Positions 17,613 to 27,371 of a stretch of 64,000 nucleotides of DNA are shown one piece after another; position 1 is the stretch's first letter; the number at the start of each line of letters is the position of its first letter. This stretch comes from Candidatus Latescibacterota bacterium. Its GTDB lineage: Bacteria > Latescibacterota > UBA2968 > UBA8231. The DNA is taken from positions 97,255-161,254 of the forward strand of contig JAPYRN010000001.1 of assembly GCA_029941565.1 (NCBI GenBank), in the 5' to 3' direction. The notes under the pieces were generated by a model that searched no databases, had not been told where the DNA came from, and saw only the letters and a list, made by a program, of their open reading frames with translations. The translations under genes and the position numbers were made by a program.

Positions 17613-19589
17613 TCACAACATGTTCTCCATGATATACTCACGTCGCTCAGGCGTATTCTTCCCCATATAGAATTCAAGCGTCTGCGGGACCTCCGACATC
17701 TTGTCGATGGCAACCTTTACGAGCTTGATATCCTCGCCGATGAATTGGGAGAACTCCTTCGGTGAGATTTCCCCGAGACCTTTGAAACGAGTCACCTCGG
17801 CGCCCTTCACCTTCTTCAATCCCGCGTCGCGCTCCTTCTCGGAATAGCAGTAGATGGTATCTCTCTTGTTGCGCACCCGGAACAGGGGCGTCTCCAGAAT
17901 GTACACGTGACCTGCCACCACCAGATCTTCGAAGTAGGTGAGAAAAAACGTGAGCAGCAGATTGCGAATGTGGAAACCATCGACATCCGCGTCGGTAGCC
18001 AGCACGACCCGGTTGTAGCGCAACCCGTCGATCCCCTCTTCGACGCCGAGAGCCATCATCAGATTGTACAACAGCTCATTCTTGTAGACCTCAGCCTTGC
18101 CCCGTCCGTAGGCATTCTGCGGTTTCCCCGTCATCACGAAGATGGCCTGCGTATTTGGATCGCGAGAAGAGACGATGGAACCTGCCGCCGATTGGCCCTC
18201 GGTGATAAATACCGTCGACTCATCGCCGCGCTTGCGATCGCCGAAGTGGTATTTGCAGTCGCGCAGATTCGGATTCTTGAATGCGATCTTCCGTGCGTTC
18301 TCCTTGGCCTCTTTCTTCACCGCATTGAGATCTTTGCGCAGCTTTTCGTTGTTGATGATGCGCTGTTCCAAACGCTTTGCCGCTTCGCGATTCTTGTGAA
18401 GGAAGTCGACGACGGCCTCTTTCACATCGTTGACGATCCAACCGCGCACATCGGTGTTACCAAGTTTGTTCTTGGTCTGCGACTCGAACACGGGTTCCTG
18501 CAACTTCACCGCTACGGCGCCGGCGATGCCGTCACGCACATCAACACCACCATAACTCTTGCGGTAGAACTCGTTCACCCCCTTGAGCATGCCCTCACGG
18601 AAAGCGGACTGGTGCGTGCCGCCGTCGGAGGTATACTGGCCATTGACGAAGGACCAGTAGGTCTCACCATACCCCTCGACATGGGTGAAGGCGAACTCGA
18701 GTCGTTCGCCGCGGAAGTGGGCCGGCGGGTAAGTCACCTTGGTATCGTCCGTGCCGACCTCCCGTTCCAGCAGATCGAGGAGACCGCGCTTTGATTCGTA
18801 TTTCTGTCCATTGAGGAACAGGGCGAGGCCACTGTTGAGACAGGCATAGTTCCACAGTCGCCGCTGCACGAACTCGATGTTGTATCCGTACTCGCCGAAG
18901 ATCTCGACATCAGGACGAAATTCGACGAGGGTGCCATCCGATTCGCCTGGGGCCTTGCCCTTCTTCGTCTCTTTGATCAGATCGCCGCGCTCGAACAATG
19001 CCTCGGCGTATTGCCCACCGCGATAGGAGACGACGCGGAATTTTTCGGACAGCGCATTCACCGCCTTGGTGCCGACACCGTTGAGACCGACGGAGAACTG
19101 GTAGACGTCGTCGTTGTACTTGGCTCCCGTGTTGATCACGGACACACACTCTACCAGCTTGCCAAGGGGTATACCGCTGCCGAAGTCACGCGCACGCACG
19201 TTGTTGCCATCGATCTCCACCTCAACTTTGCGGCCGTGCCCCGTGATGAATTCATCGATAGAGTTGTCGATTACCTCCTTGAGCAGCACGTAAATACCAT
19301 CATCGAGGTCACTGCCATCCCCAAGGCGACCGATATACATGCCGGTGCGCAGACGGATGTGCTCCAGCGACGACAGCGTCTTGACCTTGCTCTCGTCGTA
19401 GACACCGTTGCCATTCCGTTTGCTGGGAGCCTTGCCCTTGCGGGCTTTCACCGCCACCGTCTTCGGTGTATTCGCGGCAGCAGAGAACAAGTCGGTAGTC
19501 GTCGTCATCGTCTGATCACATCCATCGGAACGAGCCGGACGGCCTCCAGATAAATGGCAACCGCTCATCGGCGCAGATTTGGGATTCAA
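17613..19589 (-). CDS. type IIA DNA topoisomerase subunit B (GyrB/ParE-like)
   Basis: GHKL ATPase motif LLKEVIDNSIDE, Toprim VFITEGQSAAGS (EGDSAGG equivalent), 658 aa. The ~55-aa basic N-terminal extension is unusual. Confidence 0.8.
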   Translation of the reverse strand: MNPKSAPMSGCHLSGGRPARSDGCDQTMTTTTDLFSAAANTPKTVAVKARKGKAPSKRNGNGVYDESKVKTLSSLEHIRLRTGMYIGRLGDGSDLDDGIYVLLKEVIDNSIDEFITGHGRKVEVEIDGNNVRARDFGSGIPLGKLVECVSVINTGAKYNDDVYQFSVGLNGVGTKAVNALSEKFRVVSYRGGQYAEALFERGDLIKETKKGKAPGESDGTLVEFRPDVEIFGEYGYNIEFVQRRLWNYACLNSGLALFLNGQKYESKRGLLDLLEREVGTDDTKVTYPPAHFRGERLEFAFTHVEGYGETYWSFVNGQYTSDGGTHQSAFREGMLKGVNEFYRKSYGGVDVRDGIAGAVAVKLQEPVFESQTKNKLGNTDVRGWIVNDVKEAVVDFLHKNREAAKRLEQRIINNEKLRKDLNAVKKEAKENARKIAFKNPNLRDCKYHFGDRKRGDESTVFITEGQSAAGSIVSSRDPNTQAIFVMTGKPQNAYGRGKAEVYKNELLYNLMMALGVEEGIDGLRYNRVVLATDADVDGFHIRNLLLTFFLTYFEDLVVAGHVYILETPLFRVRNKRDTIYCYSEKERDAGLKKVKGAEVTRFKGLGEISPKEFSQFIGEDIKLVKVAIDKMSEVPQTLEFYMGKNTPERREYIMENML

Positions 19590-19792
19590 CTATGGTGATA
19601 CGAATACGGAATCGCCGCTTACCACCCTCGGTACATAGTAAGGGCGGGGGATTCGTTAACCACAAGGGAGAGTTGTCTGAGTGTTACGTCCAGCCACCTG
19701 GGGGGAGATTCGGTGACCTGCAGGCAAGATATGACCAACATGCGACCGGTGCCAGCGACATCTCGCGGCACCGGCCGTACTATACTAGCAGA

Positions 19793-21154
19793 TCAGCGTG
19801 ATCGTGCCCTCGAGGGCCCGCGGTGTGATTTCGCTCCATGCGCCTCCGGCCGCCGACCTGCCGGTGCGCCATTGCTCTTGCCCTGGGCCCCGGCCCGACG
19901 GCGTCCACCGCCGCTGCGTGCCTTCACATTGGTCAGATCAGGTTCGCGGCCACGCCATTCAGGGCTGATTTCCCGCACTTTCAGCAGACGCTTCAGATTT
20001 CCCAGATCGCGATCGGTGACCATCGTCATCGCCGTCCCTATGCGTCCCATACGACCGGTGCGGCCCGTGCGGTGCGCGTAAATTTCGGGATTGAAGGGAA
20101 AATCAAAGTTGATGACGTGCGTGACATGGGAGAAATCGAGTCCACGGCCAGCGACATCGGTGGCGATCATGAACTTGATCTTTCGATCCTTGAAGCGATC
20201 GAAGATTGAAATACGCCGATCCTGGTCGAGCCCGCCGTGGATGTATTCCGTATTGCGGAAGGTGCGCCGGAATGTTCGGTAGAGTTCGCCCCCTTTGTCT
20301 CGCGAATTGCAGAATACGATGACCTGATCGACACCCTCCTCTTCGCCGAGGAAGTCGAGCAGCCGCTGGGTGCGGTCACCCCGCACATGCAGAAAATGAT
20401 GCTGCAGCGAACTGGGCGCGCCCTGCTCCCGATTCAACACGATTTTGACCGGGTCAGTGAGATACTTCGAGGTGAGTTTCTCGATCTCAGGGGGCATCGT
20501 CGCCGAGAACAGCAACACCTGGTATTGCTGCAGCATGCAGGAGAGAATGAAGTCGACATCCTCGATGAACCCCATATCGAGCATCTCGTCCGCCTCATCG
20601 AGCACGACGGTGCGAACTTGCTGCATATCGATCTTTGTGTTCCAGATCAGGTCGATCAGGCGTCCCGGCGTGGCCACCAGGATATGGACCCCATGGTTGA
20701 GCTTGGCCTTCTGCACGCCGATGTCAAAGCCGCCAAATACGGCGAAAGGCACGACATCCGAATTCTTGGCGACATCGTCGATCTCCTGCACGTATTGCAG
20801 GGCCAGTTCGCGGGTGGGGACGAGGATCAGATGTTGGATGACACGATTCTCCGTGTCTGTCCGGTTCACCATCGGGATGGCACAGGCTGAGGTCTTGCCG
20901 GATCCGGTCTCGGCTAAGCCCACCACGTCGCGTCCTGCCAGAACGTGGGGGATGGCTTGCTCCTGGATGGGCGTCATGTCTTCGTAGCCCATCTCGGCAA
21001 GCCCGGATAGGATTTCGGGCTTTAGGTCGGTTTCGGTAAACTTCAAGTTGCGGGAATCCTCCGTGAGAGGTAGGTGGGTGAACGACTCGCTCGAACGTCC
21101 CGCGGCGTCATCGAGCGGGTACGGAGCGGGGAATGGAAGTACCTGCGACGTCAA
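19793..21154 (-). CDS. DEAD-box ATP-dependent RNA helicase with RG-rich C-terminal tail
   Basis: Q-motif TPIQ, Walker A AETGSGKT, DEAD (VLDEADEMLDMGF), SAT, HRTGRTGRMG. The C-terminus reads RSGGGRRRAGAQGKSNGAPAGRRPEAHGAK. Confidence 0.8.
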   Translation of the reverse strand: MTSQVLPFPAPYPLDDAAGRSSESFTHLPLTEDSRNLKFTETDLKPEILSGLAEMGYEDMTPIQEQAIPHVLAGRDVVGLAETGSGKTSACAIPMVNRTDTENRVIQHLILVPTRELALQYVQEIDDVAKNSDVVPFAVFGGFDIGVQKAKLNHGVHILVATPGRLIDLIWNTKIDMQQVRTVVLDEADEMLDMGFIEDVDFILSCMLQQYQVLLFSATMPPEIEKLTSKYLTDPVKIVLNREQGAPSSLQHHFLHVRGDRTQRLLDFLGEEEGVDQVIVFCNSRDKGGELYRTFRRTFRNTEYIHGGLDQDRRISIFDRFKDRKIKFMIATDVAGRGLDFSHVTHVINFDFPFNPEIYAHRTGRTGRMGRIGTAMTMVTDRDLGNLKRLLKVREISPEWRGREPDLTNVKARSGGGRRRAGAQGKSNGAPAGRRPEAHGAKSHRGPSRARSR

Positions 21155-21346
21155 GAAGCAGGTGTGGCGCGCCGCTTGGCGGATGGTAGGGCCAGCGGCA
21201 GGTAATGGGCTAAAGGTATGAATTTTCTGAAATTACGCAAACTATACATGGTCGTGATACGGTTCCATCGTTGCCGCATCCTGCCCTGTACCTATCTTAG
21301 AAATTTCCATATGTAATCGTCACTTACGTCATTTCCCAGGCCTTAC

Positions 21347-22843
21347 ATGATGTCCACCGTCCGAGTTCGAGTCGCGCCCTCGCCAACAGGCGCACCCCAT
21401 GTGGGCACCGCCTACATCGCCTTGTTCAATCTGGCCTTTGCACGCAAACATGGCGGCCAGATTCTGCTCCGCATCGAGGACACCGACCAGGTGCGCTCAA
21501 AACCGGAGCACGAAGAGCGACTGATCTCGGCCCTGCGCTGGCTTGGGCTTGAATGGGACGAGGGACCAGACATCGGCGGCGACACGGGGCCCTTTCGGCA
21601 GAGCGAGCGTCTCGATCTGTATCGGCCACATGCGCAGCAACTCGTCGATGCAGGACATGCCTACTATTCCTTCGCCACCGCCGCTGAATTGGCCCAGTGG
21701 CGCGCCAGCGGACAGTCTTCCGGTGTGCCGGCTCCCTTCGATGTGGAGCGCGACGCCGATCCGGCCCAGGCTCGTGAGCGGGCCGAAGCTGGCGAGGACC
21801 ACGTGATTCGCATGAAGATGCCACGCCAGGGCATCTGCATCGTCGACGACATGCTGCGCGACCCGATCTCGATCGACTATGCCGGACTCGACGACCAGGT
21901 CTTGCTCAAATCGGACGGTTTTCCCACCTACCATCTCGCCGTCGTCGTCGATGATCACCTTATGGGCATCACCCACGTGATCCGTGGCGAGGAGTGGATC
22001 AACTCCACACCCAAACACCTGCTGCTGTATGAGTGGTTCGGTTGGGAGGTCCCACAGCACGCCCATCTGCCCCTGTTGCTGAACACGGATCGTTCGAAAA
22101 TGTCGAAACGACGCAATCCGACATCGATCGACTACTATCGGCGCGCCGGCTATCTCCCCTCCGCCCTGCTCAACTACCTGGCATTGATGGCCTACCCGCC
22201 AAACAAGGCCGCCGATGGCACGGAGCAGGAAAAGGAGCCATTTGCCGATCTCGTCAACCGCTTCGACCTGCAGCGGATCAGCCTTGGGGGCTCCGTCTTC
22301 GATCCGGAGAAACTGAACTGGCTGAACGGGCGCTACCTGCGCGAAGAGTTGTCGCCGGACCAGTTATTGACGGCACTTCGGGAATGGGCGTTGAACGATG
22401 ATTTCCTTGCCCAGGTGCTGCCACTGATGCAACCACGCATGGAGACCCTGGGTGATTTCATGCCCAGGTGCGCTTTCTTCTTCAGCCGGCGTGTCGAAGC
22501 ACAGATCGAGGACCTGCTACCAAAGGGTCGGGAAGCGGCGGATGTGGCAGCCTTGTTGCAGACGGCGGTGTGGTCCCTGGAGAATGTCGCGCCCTGGCAG
22601 GCAGAGGCTGTCGAGGCGGCGATCAAACGAACGAGCGAGTTCTGGGACTGGCCGATCCGCGACGTTACACGACCACTCTACACTGCGATCATGGGTCAAC
22701 CCATGGGGCCACCGCTGTACGAATCGATCGTCCTGCTCAATGTGGATCTTACGCGAATGCGCCTGCTCGAGGCAATTGACACCCTCGGGGGTCTGTCGAA
22801 GAAAAAAGCCAGGAAATTGGAGAAGGATTGGGGCGGAGCCTGA
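21347..22843 (+). CDS. gltX: glutamate--tRNA ligase
   Basis: RVAPSPTGAPHVGTAY (HIGH-class motif), LRIEDTD, KMSKRRNP (KMSKS). 498 aa. Confidence 0.85.
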   Translation: MMSTVRVRVAPSPTGAPHVGTAYIALFNLAFARKHGGQILLRIEDTDQVRSKPEHEERLISALRWLGLEWDEGPDIGGDTGPFRQSERLDLYRPHAQQLVDAGHAYYSFATAAELAQWRASGQSSGVPAPFDVERDADPAQARERAEAGEDHVIRMKMPRQGICIVDDMLRDPISIDYAGLDDQVLLKSDGFPTYHLAVVVDDHLMGITHVIRGEEWINSTPKHLLLYEWFGWEVPQHAHLPLLLNTDRSKMSKRRNPTSIDYYRRAGYLPSALLNYLALMAYPPNKAADGTEQEKEPFADLVNRFDLQRISLGGSVFDPEKLNWLNGRYLREELSPDQLLTALREWALNDDFLAQVLPLMQPRMETLGDFMPRCAFFFSRRVEAQIEDLLPKGREAADVAALLQTAVWSLENVAPWQAEAVEAAIKRTSEFWDWPIRDVTRPLYTAIMGQPMGPPLYESIVLLNVDLTRMRLLEAIDTLGGLSKKKARKLEKDWGGA

Positions 22844-22872
22844 TCTACGCTTCGGGGCCGCTTTTGGGATGA

Positions 22873-24579
22873 TTATTTTCTGTTCTGCAAATTCGCCCAG
22901 ACGTCGCGCAGCGTCACGGTACGGTTGAAGACAGGCGTCTCATCTGTCGAATCCGGGTCGACACAGAAGTAACCCAGTCGTTCAAATTGGCACGTCGTCC
23001 CCGTGCCCAGGCGTGCTGCCTCCGGTTCGATGTAACAGGTGGGTAGCACCTGCAACGAATCCGGATTAAGGTTGTCCAGCCAGTCCTCTCCCTCGGCAAC
23101 ATCGGTGGGATTCTCGACGCGGAACAGTCGATCGTACAGTCTGACCTCAGTCTGCACCGCGTGTGCCGCTGATACCCAGTGTAATGTCGCTTTCACCTTG
23201 CGCCCGTCTGGTGCGTCCCCACCCTTGGTCGCCGGATCGTAGCTGCAGCGCAATTCGATGACATTGCCGTTGACGTCCTTCACCACCTCTTCGCAGGTCA
23301 CAAAGTAGGCATAACGGAGTCGCACCTCCCGTCCCGGCGCCAGGCGGAAGAACTTCTTCGGCGGCTCCTCCATGAAGTCCTCCGCTTCGATCCACAGCTC
23401 GCGTCCGAAGGGAACCTTACGTATCCCCGCCGATTCGTCTTCGGGGTTGTTGACGGCGTCCAATTCCTCGCTCTCACCCTCGGGGTAGTTGGTGATCGTC
23501 AATTTGAGCGGATTGATCACCCCCATGACCCGGCGTGCGCTCTTGTTAAGCTGATCTCGAATGCAGAACTCCAGCAGCGACACCTCGACATTGTTCTCCC
23601 GCTTGGCGATGCCGACCTCTTTCCAGAATCGCCGGATCGCCTCGGGAGGGACACCGCGACGGCGCAAGCCGTTCAAAGTGGGCATCCTGGGATCGTCCCA
23701 GCCCGACATGTGCCCACTCTCCATCAACTGCAACAGGCGGCGCTTGCTCGTGACCGTGTAGGTGATGTTGCCACGCGCATATTCGATCTGCCGCGACGGG
23801 AAGATGCCGAGTTGCTCAATGAACCAGTCGTACAGAGGGCGGTGGTCCTCAAATTCCAACGTACACATGGAATGGGTCACACCCTCGATGGAGTCACCCT
23901 GACCGTGGGCCCAATCGTACATCGGGTAGATGCACCAGTCGTCTCCTGTACGGTGGTGGTAGGCGTGCAGGATCCGGTACATCACGGGATCGCGCAGGTT
24001 CACATTCGGTGACCCCATGTCGATCTTGGCCCGCAATACCTTGTCGCCATCGGCGAACTCACCGGCACGCATGCGCGTGAAAAGATCGAGATTTTCTTTC
24101 GGCGAACGATCGCGAAAAGGGCTGTCACGCCCGGGCTCAGTCAGCGTTCCACGCTGGGCACGGATCTCGTCGGCCGACTGATCATCGACATAGGCCAGAC
24201 CCTTACCGATCAGCTCACAGGACCAATCGTACAGCTGATCGAAGTAGTCCGAAGCGTAGAGCGCCTCGCCAAAGTCGAATCCAAGCCAGTGGATGTCCTC
24301 GATCATGGAATCGACGTACTCCTGCTCCTCCTTGACGGGATTTGTGTCATCGAAGCGCAGGTTGTAGCGTCCACCGAACTCCTCAGCGATGCCGTAGTTG
24401 ACGCAAATCGCCTTGGCATTGCCGATGTGCAAGTAAGCATTCGGCTCGGGGGGAAAGCGGGTGATCACTTCACTGTTGGTGCCGGCAGCCAGATCCGCGG
24501 CGATCGCCACGCGTAGAAAATCTCGGGGGCGGTCAGACGTATCAGCTGTCTCGGAGTTATCTGTCTTAGGACTCATCAT
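22873..24579 (-). CDS. glnS: glutamine--tRNA ligase
   Basis: [23 protein letters not shown] and LRFDDTNP match the GlnRS catalytic core; TVTSKRRL is the KMSKS equivalent. 568 aa. Confidence 0.8.
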   Translation of the reverse strand: MMSPKTDNSETADTSDRPRDFLRVAIAADLAAGTNSEVITRFPPEPNAYLHIGNAKAICVNYGIAEEFGGRYNLRFDDTNPVKEEQEYVDSMIEDIHWLGFDFGEALYASDYFDQLYDWSCELIGKGLAYVDDQSADEIRAQRGTLTEPGRDSPFRDRSPKENLDLFTRMRAGEFADGDKVLRAKIDMGSPNVNLRDPVMYRILHAYHHRTGDDWCIYPMYDWAHGQGDSIEGVTHSMCTLEFEDHRPLYDWFIEQLGIFPSRQIEYARGNITYTVTSKRRLLQLMESGHMSGWDDPRMPTLNGLRRRGVPPEAIRRFWKEVGIAKRENNVEVSLLEFCIRDQLNKSARRVMGVINPLKLTITNYPEGESEELDAVNNPEDESAGIRKVPFGRELWIEAEDFMEEPPKKFFRLAPGREVRLRYAYFVTCEEVVKDVNGNVIELRCSYDPATKGGDAPDGRKVKATLHWVSAAHAVQTEVRLYDRLFRVENPTDVAEGEDWLDNLNPDSLQVLPTCYIEPEAARLGTGTTCQFERLGYFCVDPDSTDETPVFNRTVTLRDVWANLQNRK

Positions 24580-24630
24580 GGACCTGTGGTAGTTAGTTGA
24601 TTGCAGGTGTGAGCCTGGAGCGAACCGGTG

Positions 24631-25563
24631 TCAGCGGATGCGCCAGGCGTCCTTCGCCGGCTGGAACTGCCCGGCGTCTGGCAACAATTGTCGCAGATGT
24701 CGTCCGCCATAGGCGAAACCCGCAAGGCCGGGCATGCCACGATCCTCGTTCTCCACATCGAGCACGTAGTTGTAGCCGGACTCGCTCAGGGCGTGGATCA
24801 CCGTCGCCCAGTTCAGATCCCCTCGGCCACAGACCCGATACTGCCACCACCAGTTGCCGATGACGCCCTGACGATAGCGCATGCGAGGGCTGACTTCACA
24901 ATCCTTCAGGTCGGCGAAGTACCAGCGGCCGGCGTACTCGCGGATGACATCCTCCGCCGGCATGATCCCCATCCAGACCCAATGGGAGGGATCACAGGAA
25001 AGCCCGATGGACTCATCCGGTACTGCGTCGAGCAGCTTGTCCCACATCTCCGGATTGCAGCCGATATTGCCCATGCGCACAGCGACATCCAGGGCGATGC
25101 GGATACCGAGTCCGCTCGCGTGTTCGGCCACCGGAGTGAACATCTCTTTGTAGCGTGCGACCAACTCGTCGCTGCGGTCCGACCCATTTCCAGGGGGCGA
25201 GGAGTACATGCCGTAGAAGGTGCCGTTGCGCACCGGACACCCGGAACCGGTCAGTACCACCGGACATTCCAGCAAAGCGGCGGCCTCGATGGCGCGCAGC
25301 AGACGCTCCTGTTCTGCACCCCGCTGGCTCTCGTCATCATCCAGCAGATTGCAGTGGGCGGTCAGACACGCCAGATAGATGTCATGCTGCGCCAGGCCAT
25401 CTCGTAGTTCGTTGGGGCCCTGATCGAGAATCCTGTTGGTGTCCGCCACGCCGCTGTCGGCGAGCCGGACGCAGTCGAAATCATTCGCCTTCGCCCAGCT
25501 GCCGCACTCGTCAAGACTCCAGTTGGTCTCTGCGCCTGCGTTGGTAAAAAATCCGATGTCCAT
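24631..25563 (-). CDS. sugar phosphate isomerase/epimerase (xylose isomerase-like TIM barrel) family protein
   Basis: 310 aa with alternating beta/alpha pattern and conserved acidic/His residues typical of the AP_endonuc_2 TIM barrel fold. Assigned by overall similarity only. Confidence 0.5.
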   Translation of the reverse strand: MDIGFFTNAGAETNWSLDECGSWAKANDFDCVRLADSGVADTNRILDQGPNELRDGLAQHDIYLACLTAHCNLLDDDESQRGAEQERLLRAIEAAALLECPVVLTGSGCPVRNGTFYGMYSSPPGNGSDRSDELVARYKEMFTPVAEHASGLGIRIALDVAVRMGNIGCNPEMWDKLLDAVPDESIGLSCDPSHWVWMGIMPAEDVIREYAGRWYFADLKDCEVSPRMRYRQGVIGNWWWQYRVCGRGDLNWATVIHALSESGYNYVLDVENEDRGMPGLAGFAYGGRHLRQLLPDAGQFQPAKDAWRIR

Positions 25564-25669
25564 ATTCGATGATCCGTCCTGTTGCTGATTGCAGTCGGTG
25601 GTTTAGATTCGGTCTGTTATTCCAAAGTGCTTCTGATCACCCGAAACAAACTAAGAAGAAACGAGAACC

Positions 25670-26896
25670 ATGGCCCTGCTGAACGAAAACTATCTCAAGC
25701 TCAAGGCCGGCTACCTGTTCCCTGAAATCGGACGCCGCACGGCAACCTTTGCCGAGGCCAACCCGGAAGCATCGATCATTAAGATGGGGATCGGCGATGT
25801 CGTACGGGGGGTTCCGCGACCCGTGATAGAGGCCATGAAACAGGCCTGCGAAGAACTGGCGCACGATGAAAGTTTCCAGGGGTATCCCCCGGCTCAAGGG
25901 CACGACTTTCTGCTGGAGAGCATCGCCGAGCACGAATTCGGCAGCCGCGGGGTTGCCGTCGCAACGGATGAGATCTTTCTGTCGGATGGCGCCAAGTGCG
26001 ACTCCGCCAACATCCAGGAGATCTTTGCCATCGATCAGATCGTGGCCCTTACCGATCCGGTGTATCCCGTCTACTGTGACTCCAACGTCATGGCAGGGCG
26101 CACCGGTGAGGCTGATCATGCCGGGCGCTACGAGGGTTTGGTCTACCTGCCATGCACGGCCGAAAATGGCTTCTCACCGGCATTGCCGGAGACCCACGTG
26201 GACCTCATCTACCTGTGTTCGCCGAACAATCCCACCGGTGCCGTCATGTCCAAGCAGGTATTGGCGAGTTGGGTCGAATATGCCCGGAGAGAGCAGGCGA
26301 TCATCATCTTTGACTCCGCCTATGAAGCCTACATCAGCGATCCTGAGATCCCGCACTCGATCTACGAGATCGATGGTGCTCGTGAGGTCGCCATCGAGAT
26401 GCGATCCTACTCCAAGACGGCGGCGTTCACCGGCGTGCGTTGCGCCTTTACCGTCGTGCCCAGGCAACTTCTCGGCAGCACGCTGAATGGCGCCGACATA
26501 TCGCTTCACGATCTCTGGAGCCGACGCCAGTCAACGAAGTACAACGGCGTCTCCTATCCGGTGCAGAAGGGCGCCGTTGCCTGCTACGGCCCTGAAGGTA
26601 AGGCTGCCATCCGCGATTTGGTCGGATTCTACATGGCCAACGCCGCCCTCATGAAGAAAGAATTGACCGCCGCTGGCTACATCGTCTACGGTGGCGACAA
26701 TGCCCCATATCTGTGGATCGTCTGTCCTGCCGGCAACGACAGCTGGGGGTTCTTCGATGTCCTGTTGCAGCAAGCCCATGTGGTCAGCACGCCCGGTGCT
26801 GGATTCGGCTCGGCCGGAGAGGGTTATGTGCGGCTTTCAGCCTTCCAACATCGCGACCGCGTGGAAGAAGCAATGGAACGGATCCGTCAGCTGTAA
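25670..26896 (+). CDS. dapL: LL-diaminopimelate aminotransferase
   Basis: N-terminus MALLNENYLKLKAGYLFPEIGRR is the hallmark DapL start. PLP aminotransferase class I fold with SYSKTAAFTG Lys region. 408 aa. Confidence 0.8.
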   Translation: MALLNENYLKLKAGYLFPEIGRRTATFAEANPEASIIKMGIGDVVRGVPRPVIEAMKQACEELAHDESFQGYPPAQGHDFLLESIAEHEFGSRGVAVATDEIFLSDGAKCDSANIQEIFAIDQIVALTDPVYPVYCDSNVMAGRTGEADHAGRYEGLVYLPCTAENGFSPALPETHVDLIYLCSPNNPTGAVMSKQVLASWVEYARREQAIIIFDSAYEAYISDPEIPHSIYEIDGAREVAIEMRSYSKTAAFTGVRCAFTVVPRQLLGSTLNGADISLHDLWSRRQSTKYNGVSYPVQKGAVACYGPEGKAAIRDLVGFYMANAALMKKELTAAGYIVYGGDNAPYLWIVCPAGNDSWGFFDVLLQQAHVVSTPGAGFGSAGEGYVRLSAFQHRDRVEEAMERIRQL

Positions 26897-27039
26897 CGCT
26901 TCCCCAAGCGGATCTTACACACCGTCTCTGTGCAGTCCACCCGCAACCGCGCATCCATCCGCTCAGCCCCGAACGACAATAATGTCGTTTTTCATGGCGC
27001 GCGGGACATTACTATAATGGCATAAATTTGAGAACTGAG

Positions 27040-27068
27040 CCAAACAGTCCTTGACTCTCGTCTAATTT
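27040..27068 (+). promoter_or_regulatory. putative sigma-70-type promoter in AT-rich spacer
   Basis: TTGACT - 17 nt - TACACT, about 85 nt upstream of the RHH ORF. The surrounding 150 nt are strongly AT-rich relative to the genome. Confidence 0.3.
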
Positions 27069-27152
27069 CCGAGTACACTATACGCCTTGCTTAATCAATA
27101 ATTAATAATTTCTTACCAATACCACCTATACTCCTTCATTACGTGAGTTCCC

Positions 27153-27371
27153 ATGTCCGCAACAGCAAAGCCCGAGAGTGATCGCGCCCGTCCCCGTACA
27201 TTTTCCTCGACAGACCGAGATTTCCAGATGTTGGAGGCGATCTCACGTTACCACGGCACCAGCAAGAGTGCCATGGTCACCGGCCTGATTCGGAAGGAAT
27301 TCTGGCGCGTCTTTCCCAATGGCACAGACACGGTCCCTCTGGATGCGGGGGCAAAGGTGAGCGAATCATGA
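27153..27371 (+). CDS. ribbon-helix-helix (CopG/Arc/MetJ-like) DNA-binding protein
   Basis: 72 aa. RTFSSTDRDFQMLEAISRYHGTSKSAMVTGLIRKEF fits the RHH beta-strand, helix A, helix B layout. Stop overlaps the nadA start (ATGA). Confidence 0.45.
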   Translation: MSATAKPESDRARPRTFSSTDRDFQMLEAISRYHGTSKSAMVTGLIRKEFWRVFPNGTDTVPLDAGAKVSES

